In this document: in pieces, positions 1 through 8,334 of the stretch
How positions within the stretch are numbered: the stretch's first letter is position 1
Layout: each line of letters starts with the position of its first letter
Source: Gemmatimonadales bacterium
GTDB lineage: Bacteria; Gemmatimonadota; Gemmatimonadetes; Gemmatimonadales; GWC2-71-9
DNA length: 45,258 nt
Direction of reading: 5' to 3'
Assembly: GCA_041613315.1 (NCBI GenBank)
Contig: JBFJHJ010000028.1
Span: 1-45,258, forward strand
The notes under the pieces: generated by a model
The model's input: only the letters and a program-made list of their open reading frames with translations
Databases searched by the model: none
What the model was told of the DNA's origin: nothing
Made by a program: the position numbers and the translations under genes

Positions 1-876
1 CGCCAGCTCGGCCATCGCGCGGCGCGTGCGCGAGGTGGCGCTCCCCAGGGGGGGAAGCGTTACGACGCGCGGGTGCTGGGCGAGCGCCGGCGGCACGCGC
101 GGTTCCGCCTGAAACACGTCGAGCCCCGCGCCGGCGAGGCGGCCCGTCTCGAGCGCCGCCACGAGCGCCGCTTCGTGCACCAGATCACCCCGGGCCGTGT
201 TCACGAAGAACGCCCCCGGCTTCATCGCGCGGAACCGCTCGGCGTCGAACATCCCGCGAGTGGCGGCCGCGGAGGGCACGTGCACGCTGACGACGTCGCT
301 CTCGGCGAGGAGGGTCGCGAGGTCGTGCCAACGCGCCCCGGTGCTGGCTTCGAAGTCGGGCTTGCGCGAGCGGGCAGTGTAGCATATGCGCATCCCGAAC
401 CCCATGGCGCGCCGCCCGACGGCGCGACCGATCCGGCCCGCGCCGACGATGCCCAGCATCGCGCCGCCTAATTCGAGCCCCAACAACTGGGTGGGATGCC
501 ACCCGTGCCAGGTCCCGGCCGCGACGAGCGCCTGTCCCTCCTTCAGTCGGCGCGTGATGGCGAGAATGAGCGCCCAGGTGAGGTCGGCCGTGGCTTCGGT
601 CAACACGTCCGGGGTATTCGAGACCACGACGCCACGCGCCAGGGCGGCGGCCAGGTCGATGTTGTCGTAGCCCACCGCGCAGTTCGCGATGATCCGCAAC
701 GCCGGGAGCCCGTCGAGCTCCGTTGCCCCGATCGACCGTGAGAGCAGTGGGATCACCGCGGCATGGTCGCCAGCGGGCAGAGGCGCCGCTGCCCGCAGCC
801 ACTCGACCTCGTGGCCGGGCACCGGATGGGGGTCGAGGAGCTCCGCGAGCTCGGCGGCGATGAGCACCTGGGGCAT
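1..876 (-). CDS. D-isomer-specific 2-hydroxyacid dehydrogenase (glyoxylate/hydroxypyruvate reductase-like), 3' end outside the window
   Basis: Absent from the ORF track because there is no stop in the window. Manual translation from ATG at 876 gives MPQVLIAAE...AVGYDNID...NTPDVLTEATADL...GIVGAGRIG...VNTARG...GLDVFQAEP...TLPPLGSAT, containing the NAD-binding GxGxxG and the catalytic Arg and Glu motifs. Confidence 0.93.
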   Translation of the reverse strand, partial: MPQVLIAAELAELLDPHPVPGHEVEWLRAAAPLPAGDHAAVIPLLSRSIGATELDGLPALRIIANCAVGYDNIDLAAALARGVVVSNTPDVLTEATADLTWALILAITRRLKEGQALVAAGTWHGWHPTQLLGLELGGAMLGIVGAGRIGRAVGRRAMGFGMRICYTARSRKPDFEASTGARWHDLATLLAESDVVSVHVPSAAATRGMFDAERFRAMKPGAFFVNTARGDLVHEAALVAALETGRLAGAGLDVFQAEPRVPPALAQHPRVVTLPPLGSATSRTRRAMAELA

Positions 877-966
877 AGCTGTAGGTTGGGGGCTCGGGAG
901 GGGGCGTACGGGCGCCGGGCACGACGCAGCCGCGCGAGAACACCCTGCCCCGGTCCCCCCGTAGGG

Positions 967-995
967 TAGAAACTATCCCGTGCGCTGTCTATAAT
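967..995 (+). promoter_or_regulatory. Putative sigma70 promoter for tRNA-Ser
   Basis: TAGAAA (967-972, 4/6 match to TTGACA), a 17-bp spacer, and a perfect TATAAT (990-995) in otherwise GC-rich DNA upstream of the tRNA. Confidence 0.6.
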
Positions 996-1030
996 GCACG
1001 GTCGCCAGCCGCGGTGACGGCCGGCGGCTG

Positions 1031-1122
1031 GGAGAGCGACGGCCGCGGTTATTGGAGAGCGACGGCCGCGGTTATTGGAGAGCGACGGCCGCGGTTATTG
1101 GAGAGCGACGGACGCGGTTATT
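1031..1122 (+). repeat. Four tandem copies of the 23-bp unit GGAGAGCGACGGCCGCGGTTATT
   Basis: Copies at 1031-1053, 1054-1076, 1077-1099 and 1100-1122 (the last has one C>A change). There are no spacers. The next GGAGAG, at 1123, is the tRNA 5' end. Confidence 0.97.
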
Positions 1123-1209
1123 GGAGAGGTGTCCGAGTGGTTGAAGGAGCCGGTCTCGAAAACCGGTAGGCCCGTGAGGGTCTCGTGGGTTCGAATCCCA
1201 CCCTCTCCG
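1123..1209 (+). tRNA. tRNA-Ser (anticodon CGA), CCA not encoded
   Basis: Acceptor stem GGAGAGG/CCTCTCC with discriminator G, D-loop GAGTGGTTGAA, anticodon arm CCGGT-CTCGAAA-ACCGG, long variable arm AGGCCC-GTGA-GGGTCT, T arm GTGGG-TTCGAAT-CCCAC. Confidence 0.97.
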
Positions 1210-1263
1210 CTTGCGGCACGGCGTGCCCGGGGTCCTGGCGCGCCGTGCGGCGCCCACCGACCT

Positions 1264-1290
1264 GGGGAGGACCGGTGCGCCGGCCTCCCC
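1264..1290. terminator. GC-rich hairpin between the convergent tRNA and outer-membrane protein genes
   Basis: GGGGAGG-A-CCGG-TGCG-CCGG-CCTCCCC inverted repeat. It has no U-tract, so a terminator role is uncertain. Confidence 0.4.
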
Positions 1291-1315
1291 CGTCGCGTGT
1301 CACGCCGCGCAACGC

Positions 1316-1858
1316 TCAGTGCCAGGTCAGCCCGAGGCTCAATAGCGTCAGCGTATTATTCGCATCGTCGATCGTCTGGAACAGGAAATCGACGTTGGGG
1401 GTGAGGTAGAGGTTCCGGCCCAAGCGAATATCGAAGCCCGCACCCAACGTGGTCCCGAATCCCTCGTCGGTGATGGTGGTCGTGACGTTCCCGATGCGCT
1501 GCGAGGCCTGCACCTGCGCGAGCCCCGCCCCGCCCTTCACGAACAGCCCGCCGCTGCGGCTCGGATAGAACAGCAGCGAGAGCGTCACGTTCCCGCGGCC
1601 GATGGCCGTACCGTTCTGATCGCGGAACCAGCCATTGATCTCCCCACCAACGAGGAGCCGGTCGCTCGGTGTCGCGCCCATGCGCAAGTAGATCGCTCCG
1701 CCACCGAGTGTCTCCCCGTCCAGACCATCACTCGTATTCCAGCCGCCCCCCAACCCGAACCCGATCCAGAACCCCTGGTGTTTCACCTCGCGCTGCGCCT
1801 CCGCCGGCGCCGCCAGCGCCAGCGCGGCCGCGCCCGCCACCAACCAGACCAATCGCAT
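1316..1858 (-). CDS. Outer-membrane beta-barrel protein (small, OmpA/OmpW-like)
   Basis: Signal peptide ending AEA, alternating hydrophobic beta-strands rich in Gly and aromatic residues, C-terminal LGLTWH. Confidence 0.8.
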   Translation of the reverse strand: MRLVWLVAGAAALALAAPAEAQREVKHQGFWIGFGLGGGWNTSDGLDGETLGGGAIYLRMGATPSDRLLVGGEINGWFRDQNGTAIGRGNVTLSLLFYPSRSGGLFVKGGAGLAQVQASQRIGNVTTTITDEGFGTTLGAGFDIRLGRNLYLTPNVDFLFQTIDDANNTLTLLSLGLTWH

Positions 1859-1969
1859 GCCGACCTCCTGCCGTCGAGCGGCGTTCGTCTGTGCTCACTA
1901 CTCGGCACGCCTCGGCAGGTTCCGCGGACCGGCACTCCCGCCGCCCCGCGCCCCGGCTACATTACCGCC

Positions 1970-2437
1970 ATGCCCGACACGGCCCCGAGCCACCACCTCC
2001 TCAGCACGTTCCCCGTCATCGTCCCCATCCCCGTCCAATGGGGCGAGATGGACGCGTACGGCCACGTGAACAACACCGTGTTCTTCCGTTACTTCGAGAC
2101 GGCCCGCATCGCCTATCTGGATCGCTGCGGGTTCCTCACCTCACACACCGAAGACCAGGTCGGGGCGATCCTGCACTCGACACAGTGCCGCTTCCGCCGG
2201 CCCCTGCACTATCCCGACACGGTGCTCGTCGGGGCCCGCGCCGAAGCCCTGGACACCGACCGCTTCACCATGGGCTACCGCGTGGTGTCCAGCGCCCACG
2301 ACGAGATCGTGGCCGAGGGGTGGGGGGTCATCGTGTCGTTCGACTACACCGCCCGCCGCAAGGTCGAGTTGCCCGGCGCCGTGCGCGAGGGGATCGACCT
2401 CCTCGAAGGACGGGGCGCCGGGCAAGCGCGTCACTGA
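1970..2437 (+). CDS. Acyl-CoA thioesterase (4HBT/YbgC/FadM hotdog family)
   Basis: WGEMDAYGHVNNTVFFRYFETAR signature. Start placed at ATG 1970. Confidence 0.9.
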   Translation: MPDTAPSHHLLSTFPVIVPIPVQWGEMDAYGHVNNTVFFRYFETARIAYLDRCGFLTSHTEDQVGAILHSTQCRFRRPLHYPDTVLVGARAEALDTDRFTMGYRVVSSAHDEIVAEGWGVIVSFDYTARRKVELPGAVREGIDLLEGRGAGQARH

Positions 2438-2449
2438 CTGGAGGAGGGC

Positions 2450-3379
2450 GTGGGACTGGCACGCACGGCATTCCTGAAGGCATCCCAGAGCCGCTGGCTC
2501 GCCGAGCAGGCGACACAGCGCGCCTTCGCGCGGCGCGCCGTCCGGCGATTCCTGCCGGGCGAAGACCTCGACTCGGCGCTCGGCGCCGCCGACGAGCTGG
2601 CCAAGCGGGGGATCGCCACGGTGCTGACCCAGCTCGGCGAGAACGTCACCACGGCCGAGGAAGCGACCGCTGTCGCCGCGCATTACGCCGACCTGCAACG
2701 GCAGATCCGGGCGCGCGGGCTGCCGTCGCACATGTCCGTCAAGCTGACCCACCTGGGCCTGGACGTGAGCGTCGAGCTGTGCACGGAGCTGGTCACGCGC
2801 CTGGCCGGCGACCTCGGCGGCAACGACCTGCTGTGGATCGACATGGAGGGTGCGGTCTACACCGACCGGACCCTCGATCTCTATCGCCGCGTGCGGACCG
2901 CCCACGAGCGCGTTGGCGTGTGCCTACAGGCGTATCTCCACCGCACGGCAGACGATCTCCGAGCGCTCCTTTCGCTCCGACCGACGCTCCGGCTGGTGAA
3001 AGGCGCGTACCAGGAGCCGCCCGCGCTGGCCCTGACCCGGAAGCAGGACGTGGATGCGAGCTACCTCGCGCTCGCGACCCAGTTGCTCTCGCCGGACGTG
3101 CGGGCACGGTGCGGGACGCCGGGCTTCGGCACGCACGACATGCGCTTGGTGGAGGCCATCACGGCGCACGCCGCGCGCAGCGGCGTGCCGAAGGACGCCT
3201 TCGAGGTGCAGATGCTGTACGGGATCCGGCGGTCGGATCAGCTCCGGCTCGCCGAGCAGGGCTACCGCGTGCGCGTCCTGATCAGCTACGGCCCCGCCTG
3301 GTTCCCCTGGTACATGCGACGGCTGGCTGAGCGGCCGGCGAACGTGTGGTTTGTCGTGCGATCGGTGTTTGGAGGGTGA
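2450..3379 (+). CDS. Monofunctional proline dehydrogenase
   Basis: GTG start after GGAGG. Motifs SVKLTHLG, WIDME, RLVKGAY, GTHD, QMLYGIR and YGxxWFPWYMRRLAERPAN. Confidence 0.93.
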   Translation: MGLARTAFLKASQSRWLAEQATQRAFARRAVRRFLPGEDLDSALGAADELAKRGIATVLTQLGENVTTAEEATAVAAHYADLQRQIRARGLPSHMSVKLTHLGLDVSVELCTELVTRLAGDLGGNDLLWIDMEGAVYTDRTLDLYRRVRTAHERVGVCLQAYLHRTADDLRALLSLRPTLRLVKGAYQEPPALALTRKQDVDASYLALATQLLSPDVRARCGTPGFGTHDMRLVEAITAHAARSGVPKDAFEVQMLYGIRRSDQLRLAEQGYRVRVLISYGPAWFPWYMRRLAERPANVWFVVRSVFGG

Positions 3380-3412
3380 ACGGATGGCGGACTGCTGATC
3401 TCGGATCGCCCC

Positions 3413-4561
3413 TCACCACTCCGTCGCAATCACCTGCACCAACCGCGCGAGCTCGACGAGATCATTGAGGTCGATAACCTCGACGGGCGAGTGTGAGTAG
3501 CGCAGCGGCCACCCGATCGGCACGTCCACGACCCCCCAGGCCGTGAACGCGGAGCCGTCGTTGCCCCCGTTCGTCGTCCCCACCTGGAGCGGAATCCGGC
3601 GGCGCGCGGCGAGGCGCCGCAACGTATCCACGACCGGCGGCGGCGTCACCGACGAGTTGTCGACCACGCGGGCGACCGGCCCGGCACCGATCGGCTGCGC
3701 GGCGAAGTTCCGGAGATCGTGCGGCCCGTCGGCCGACACGAACGTGTCCACCGCGTGGACCCGCACGGGCCGCACCCCCAACTCGCGCGCGGCGACGTGC
3801 GCCCCCTCGAGACCGATTTCCTCCCGCACGACCCAAAGGAAGACCACCTCGTGCCGGAACGCCCGCGGATCGAGGGCCTGCAACGCGAGGACCTGCGCGG
3901 CCGATCCCACGCGATCGTCGAAGGAGCGCGCCGTGATCCGCGTGCCCGCTAGGCGTACGACCTGCTTGGGATTCGTGACGGTGATGCCCGCCCGGATGCC
4001 CATCGCCTCGGCTTCGCGGCGCGACCGGGCTCCCACGTCCACGCGGAATCCGCCGGCCGACTGACGCAACGGCCGGCGCTCGACCGAGTCGCGGGGGGTG
4101 AAGACGCCGGGCACCGGCCCGTCGGCCGTGTGCACCAGCGCCGGAGTCGCTTCCCAGAGCCAGGGAAGGAAGCCGCCGCGACTTCGGATCACGAGCGTCC
4201 CGTCGTCGCGGATCCCCGTGACCTGGAATCCCGTTTCGTCGAGGTGCGCCACGAACACCACCAGGGGGTCCCCCTGCCCGGCGCGCACCCACAGGTTGCC
4301 GGCGGTGTCCACGACCGCCCGCGCCCGGGCCCACGCCGGCAGGTGTCGCAGCACCGTTTCGCGCACGGCCCCCTCGTCGCCGGAGACCCCGTAACTCGCG
4401 ACGAGCTCCCCCAGCAGGCGGCCGGCCCGATCGAGCGCCGAGGAGCGCTGCTGCGCCGCGACGCTCGGCGCCGCCGCGACGAGCGCACCGACCACGGCGG
4501 CCCACACGACCCGTCCGGTGCGACGCCGCGCCCGAGTCAGCCCCACCGGCGCCTTGCTCAC
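3413..4561 (-). CDS. Exported M42-family (TET/Frv-like) metallopeptidase with intact metal ligands
   Basis: Motifs AHLDE, SFDDR, VREEIG, AVD, GGND and RYSHSPVE. The GTG at 4561 overlaps the upstream TGA (GTGA). N-terminal signal peptide ending VAA-Q. Confidence 0.88.
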   Translation of the reverse strand: MSKAPVGLTRARRRTGRVVWAAVVGALVAAAPSVAAQQRSSALDRAGRLLGELVASYGVSGDEGAVRETVLRHLPAWARARAVVDTAGNLWVRAGQGDPLVVFVAHLDETGFQVTGIRDDGTLVIRSRGGFLPWLWEATPALVHTADGPVPGVFTPRDSVERRPLRQSAGGFRVDVGARSRREAEAMGIRAGITVTNPKQVVRLAGTRITARSFDDRVGSAAQVLALQALDPRAFRHEVVFLWVVREEIGLEGAHVAARELGVRPVRVHAVDTFVSADGPHDLRNFAAQPIGAGPVARVVDNSSVTPPPVVDTLRRLAARRRIPLQVGTTNGGNDGSAFTAWGVVDVPIGWPLRYSHSPVEVIDLNDLVELARLVQVIATEW

Positions 4562-5478
4562 GGGCCACCCCCGATCCACGCGACGATCCGCGCCGCCAGT
4601 TGCTCGACCTCATCGAGCTGCACCGTTTCGACCGGCGTACCCGGGTAGCGCACCGCGAGGCCCCAGCGGGCGATCTTCCCCACCGACTGCTCCACCCGCC
4701 GATCGAGCGTCGGATAAGCGAGGAGCACCGTCTCGGAGAAGGGGCCGCGGCTGTTGACCAGCGTGAGCAGGCCGCGGTGCCGGATGCCGCTCTCGACGGC
4801 GAACGTCGCGACGACGGTGCCGCGGGAGGTCGGGCGGCGGCGGAGCGCATCGACCAGCGCCGCACAGGCGGCCCGGCGGCCGGCCTCAGGCGCGGCGAGG
4901 AGCGCGCGGCCGTACCGGTGCGGCGCTTTGTGGAGCGCGACGGGATCGATCAGCGCGATTCCGAGCCGCGCGACCTCCGCGGCCGAGGCAGCCCCCACGT
5001 CCACATGGGCGTCGTCCACGCTGAACGCGTCGGTCGGCAGGGCGCGGCCCCGGGTCAAGTGCGTCGACGGGATCGCCATCACCGCGTCCCGCGCGCCCGA
5101 GCGCGTCCACACGGTGAGCCGGTGACCCTCGTGCCACTGATCGAAGAGTGGTGACGCGGGGGTGCCGACGCGTCGCAACGTCAGGAAGCCTTCCGCCAGC
5201 ACGTTGCCCACGACGTAGCCGGGCTCGTCCAGCGGGCAGACGATGGCCCGCGCGGGTGCCCCGCTGCCGAGCGTCACGACCACGCTCCCCGCCCGATCGC
5301 GGACGGCGCCCGGAAGGAGCGTCACCAGCGTGTCCACCATGGCCCGCTCGAACCCCGAGACCGCGGTCATGCCGGCGAGCCGCACGGCGACATCGGCGGC
5401 GCCCTGGGCCCGCAGTGTCGCCACCGGCAGGGTGAGGGCGAGCATGAGGCCGAGCCGCATCGCGAACGGTCGGGTCAC
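4558..5478 (-). CDS. Exported M42-family paralogue lacking metal-binding residues (probable pseudo-peptidase)
   Basis: Same fold order as its neighbour (VSGFE, DRAGS, VDVGA), but has CPLDE, EAGRR, AVES and RYPGTPVE where the neighbour has HLDE, FDDR, REE and RYSHSPVE. Signal peptide ending LRA-Q. Confidence 0.8.
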   Translation of the reverse strand: MTRPFAMRLGLMLALTLPVATLRAQGAADVAVRLAGMTAVSGFERAMVDTLVTLLPGAVRDRAGSVVVTLGSGAPARAIVCPLDEPGYVVGNVLAEGFLTLRRVGTPASPLFDQWHEGHRLTVWTRSGARDAVMAIPSTHLTRGRALPTDAFSVDDAHVDVGAASAAEVARLGIALIDPVALHKAPHRYGRALLAAPEAGRRAACAALVDALRRRPTSRGTVVATFAVESGIRHRGLLTLVNSRGPFSETVLLAYPTLDRRVEQSVGKIARWGLAVRYPGTPVETVQLDEVEQLAARIVAWIGGGP

Positions 5479-6584
5479 ACGCCGCAGCGGCGCCCGACCG
5501 CCTCCACCAGCTCCCGGGCGGCCTGTTCGAGGTCGGACTGGGCGTAGAGGCTGCTTCCGATCAGGAACACCATGTCGTTGCCGTAGCGGTCGATCCAGTA
5601 GGGCACGCGCTGGATGTCCACGCCGCCGCCGGCGACGGGGAACGCCGGCTTGAGCGCCCCCATGGGCTCACGCAGGTGCGTGTTGATCCCCTCACACACC
5701 TCCTCGGCGAACGGGAACCGGCCACCGGCGTTCGTGTAGATGACGCCGTCGCTGCCCGCCAGCCGGAAGAGCTGGCCGTAGAGGATCTCCGGGGTGATGC
5801 CGTGCTCGGGATGGAACAGCACCCCGGTGAAGGTCGGATGCGAGAACACCGCCAACTCGGACACGTCGGCGATCCAGCGGACCGTGTCCATCCCGACCAG
5901 CATCGGTGAGACGATCACGCCGCGACAGCCGGCGCGGGCGGCGCACTCCAATCGGGCCGCCACGGCGTCGAGCGGCGCGGTGACGTTCGGGAAGTACAGG
6001 GTGCGCCCCCCCGTTTCCCGATTCGCCGCGTCCACGGCATCCTGACAACGGCGCACGCGTTCCTCGAACGGCGCCGTGGGTTGGTTCGTGAGCCCGTGAT
6101 CGTCCTTGACGATGTCGATACCCGCTCGGGCGAACGCCCCGCACAGCATCGCGAGCGCGCCGCTGGAGAGCCCCATCGGCTTCGCCGCCGCGCACAGGAG
6201 CGGGCGGTCGGCCGCCCCGGCCAGGTCCCGCACTCCGGCGATGCCGAATCGCGGTCCCGGGAATTTGGCGAGCAGCACAGGGGGCAGGTCGAGACCCACG
6301 ACGCGGATCCCGCGCATCATGGAAATGTTGCCGAAGATGAGGTTGAGGAGCTGCGGCAAGTCGTCGCCGGCCGTGAAGGGATCATAGCCGATCCTGACCC
6401 GCCACCGGCCGTCCACCGGCGTCAGGGTCTCGATGCGGCCGACGACTCGGTCCTCGATGTGGTCCGGATACCGACCGTCCGGCAGCTCCACCGTCTGCTC
6501 GAGCGCGATCTCGCGCGCTCGCGCCTCCGGGTCTTCGCCGGCCGCCAGGGACAGCAGATAGGTGATCCGAATGCGTTCGCCCAC
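5475..6584 (-). CDS. RuBisCO-like protein (form IV), resembling the Rhodospirillum rubrum MTRu-1-P isomerase type
   Basis: Motifs IALEQTVE, QLLNLIFGNIS, FPGPRFG, AKPMGL, IVKDDHG, HPT and NAGGRF. GTG start at 6584 after GGGAGGGAGA gives about 369 aa, shorter than bona fide RbcL. Confidence 0.92.
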   Translation of the reverse strand: MGERIRITYLLSLAAGEDPEARAREIALEQTVELPDGRYPDHIEDRVVGRIETLTPVDGRWRVRIGYDPFTAGDDLPQLLNLIFGNISMMRGIRVVGLDLPPVLLAKFPGPRFGIAGVRDLAGAADRPLLCAAAKPMGLSSGALAMLCGAFARAGIDIVKDDHGLTNQPTAPFEERVRRCQDAVDAANRETGGRTLYFPNVTAPLDAVAARLECAARAGCRGVIVSPMLVGMDTVRWIADVSELAVFSHPTFTGVLFHPEHGITPEILYGQLFRLAGSDGVIYTNAGGRFPFAEEVCEGINTHLREPMGALKPAFPVAGGGVDIQRVPYWIDRYGNDMVFLIGSSLYAQSDLEQAARELVEAVGRRCGV

Positions 6585-6669
6585 TCTCCCTCCCGACGCG
6601 CGCGCGCCGCGAATAGATTCAGCGGTCGGTCGTCGGCGTCGTCCTCTACAGCTTCCACCGGGAGTGCGT

Positions 6670-7251
6670 ATGCGGTCTGCCAGTAGTGTCGTCGCCTTGA
6701 CTCTCAGCCTCGGCGCCGCGCCCCTCATGGCACAGCACCTTCCGCCGGAGCGGCAGATCGCCGAAGCGGTCACCCCGCTGCCCCAAGCGATGCACGCGGG
6801 CGCCACGGTCCTGGGGTACCTCGCCGCCGATTCGCTCGTCGTGCTGCGGCGCGGCGCCAACGACATGATCTGCCTGGCCGACGACCCGCGGGATGACCGC
6901 TGGCACGTCGCCTGCTACCACCGCGAGCTGGAGCCGTTCATGGCCCGCGGCCGTCAGCTGCGCGCGCAGGGGATCACGAGCCTCGCCGAGATCAACGATC
7001 GGCGCCGCGCCGAAATCGAGGCCGGCACGCTCCCCATGCCGGCCCAGCCCCGGGCCCTGTATCAACTCGGCGGCCCGAAGGACAGCTTCGACCCGGCCAC
7101 CGGCGACACGGGCACGGCCCGCGCCCTGGACGTGGTGTACCTCCCCTACGCCACGGAGGCCAGCACCGGCCTCAGCACCGCACCGTCGCGCGAGCGACCC
7201 TGGCTCATGTTCCCCGGCGAGCCGTGGGCCCACCTCATGATTCCGAGGTAA
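6670..7251 (+). CDS. Secreted hypothetical protein
   Basis: Signal peptide MRSASSVVALTLSLGAAPLMA-Q after GGAG, normal protein composition, motifs ICLADDP, VACYH and HLMIP. Confidence 0.75.
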   Translation: MRSASSVVALTLSLGAAPLMAQHLPPERQIAEAVTPLPQAMHAGATVLGYLAADSLVVLRRGANDMICLADDPRDDRWHVACYHRELEPFMARGRQLRAQGITSLAEINDRRRAEIEAGTLPMPAQPRALYQLGGPKDSFDPATGDTGTARALDVVYLPYATEASTGLSTAPSRERPWLMFPGEPWAHLMIPR

Positions 7252-7302
7252 TTAACCCCCCGGACCGGAGGCGCAGAAGGGGCGACGCCGCCGGCGCGCC
7301 CC

Positions 7303-7839
7303 CTATCGCATCGGGCGGCCTCTGGGAACGTAGGTGCCGTCGAACACCAGCCGCCAGCTCTGGCCGCCGTCACCCGACGCCCGCCATAGCTGCCGCACGC
7401 GCCCGCCCTCGAGCGGCTCCCACGAGATCTCGTCAAGGACCGGCTGCCCGTCGCGGCCCAGCCGCTCGCCTCGCAATACCATGCGCCCGTGCTGGAGGCC
7501 CCCCTCCAACACCAAGAGCGTCCCCTGGCCGTCCACCCACGTCTGATGCCACCGGTCCCGGCGTGCGTCGTAGATGTTGTAACTGTGTCCGCCACCTCCT
7601 GAGGCGCTGACCCAGTTCTCCTGCAACGCACAGCCACCGAGGATACTGGTGATCGTATTGCCCCCTGCCTTCGCCCCGTCCGGTGTGTAGACGTCCCACT
7701 CCCCGATCCAGAAGTCGAACTGGCGGTGTGGCGCCGCCACGCACGAGGCTTCCGCGCCCGCGGATTGTGCAAGCGCGGGACAAGGGACTCCGGCGAACAT
7801 GGTGACGAACGCGACGGCGCGTACGAGACGTGGGACCAT
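7303..7839 (-). CDS. Secreted hypothetical protein (FDFWIGEW family, DUF1579-like beta barrel)
   Basis: Signal peptide ending ALA-Q, followed by C...HRQFDFWIGEWDV, GCALQENW, WHQTWVD and SGDGGQSW. Confidence 0.75.
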   Translation of the reverse strand: MVPRLVRAVAFVTMFAGVPCPALAQSAGAEASCVAAPHRQFDFWIGEWDVYTPDGAKAGGNTITSILGGCALQENWVSASGGGGHSYNIYDARRDRWHQTWVDGQGTLLVLEGGLQHGRMVLRGERLGRDGQPVLDEISWEPLEGGRVRQLWRASGDGGQSWRLVFDGTYVPRGRPMR

Positions 7840-7906
7840 ACCACGCTCCGTCGATTGAGGGTTCCTGGAGGCCCGCCGACGTCGCGCTCCGGTGCTCCCC
7901 CGCGCC

Positions 7907-8317
7907 TCACGGCTCGTCGTCTCGCGCCCACCGTGCGAGCGCGAGAAGATAGAGGCTCGCACACCCCACCATGATCAGGCCGCCCCAAAACGACACGGGC
8001 AGAAGATACGACGCGTTGCTGCCGTCCGTCGCAATGAGATACACCCACTCGTCCAACGCCATCCCCAGGCCGGCGCCGAACCCCACGGCCGCGGCATCCA
8101 GCAGGCGCCCGCCCCGACCCACGAGCGCCAGCGGGAGTCCGCAGCCCGCGATCAGGAGCAGACCGATGAAGAGGTGGTGGATGTTGTACGCGCCGACGTT
8201 GAGGTCCACGTCCGGTGCAAAGTACAGGTACGTACGGAAGGCGATGAAGGTCGCGGCCATGCCGGTCCCGATCAACACCGCACGCCGGCGTACGCCGTGA
8301 CGGGTATCAAGGCTCAT
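7907..8317 (-). CDS. Small integral membrane protein with IHH and LDE motifs
   Basis: Four hydrophobic segments with NIHHLFIG and MALDEWVYL. Starts 17 bp after the ferritin stop. Confidence 0.75.
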   Translation of the reverse strand: MSLDTRHGVRRRAVLIGTGMAATFIAFRTYLYFAPDVDLNVGAYNIHHLFIGLLLIAGCGLPLALVGRGGRLLDAAAVGFGAGLGMALDEWVYLIATDGSNASYLLPVSFWGGLIMVGCASLYLLALARWARDDEP

Positions 8318-8334
8318 GTCCCAGCCCTCGCCGC

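Noticed and set aside
1031..1122. CRISPR array
   Set aside because: The 23-bp units are head-to-tail with no spacers, and there are no cas genes in the window.
1123..1209. tRNA-Sec or suppressor tRNA serving the UGA at 40237
   Set aside because: The anticodon is CGA, not TCA, and the fold is the canonical 7/5 serine type.
1123..1320. Integrated element at the tRNA 3' end
   Set aside because: I saw no integrase and no duplicated tRNA 3' end (att site) in the window.
5475..6584. CO2-fixing RuBisCO
   Set aside because: It has KDDH rather than KDDE, is short, and has no rbcS, prk or activase nearby.
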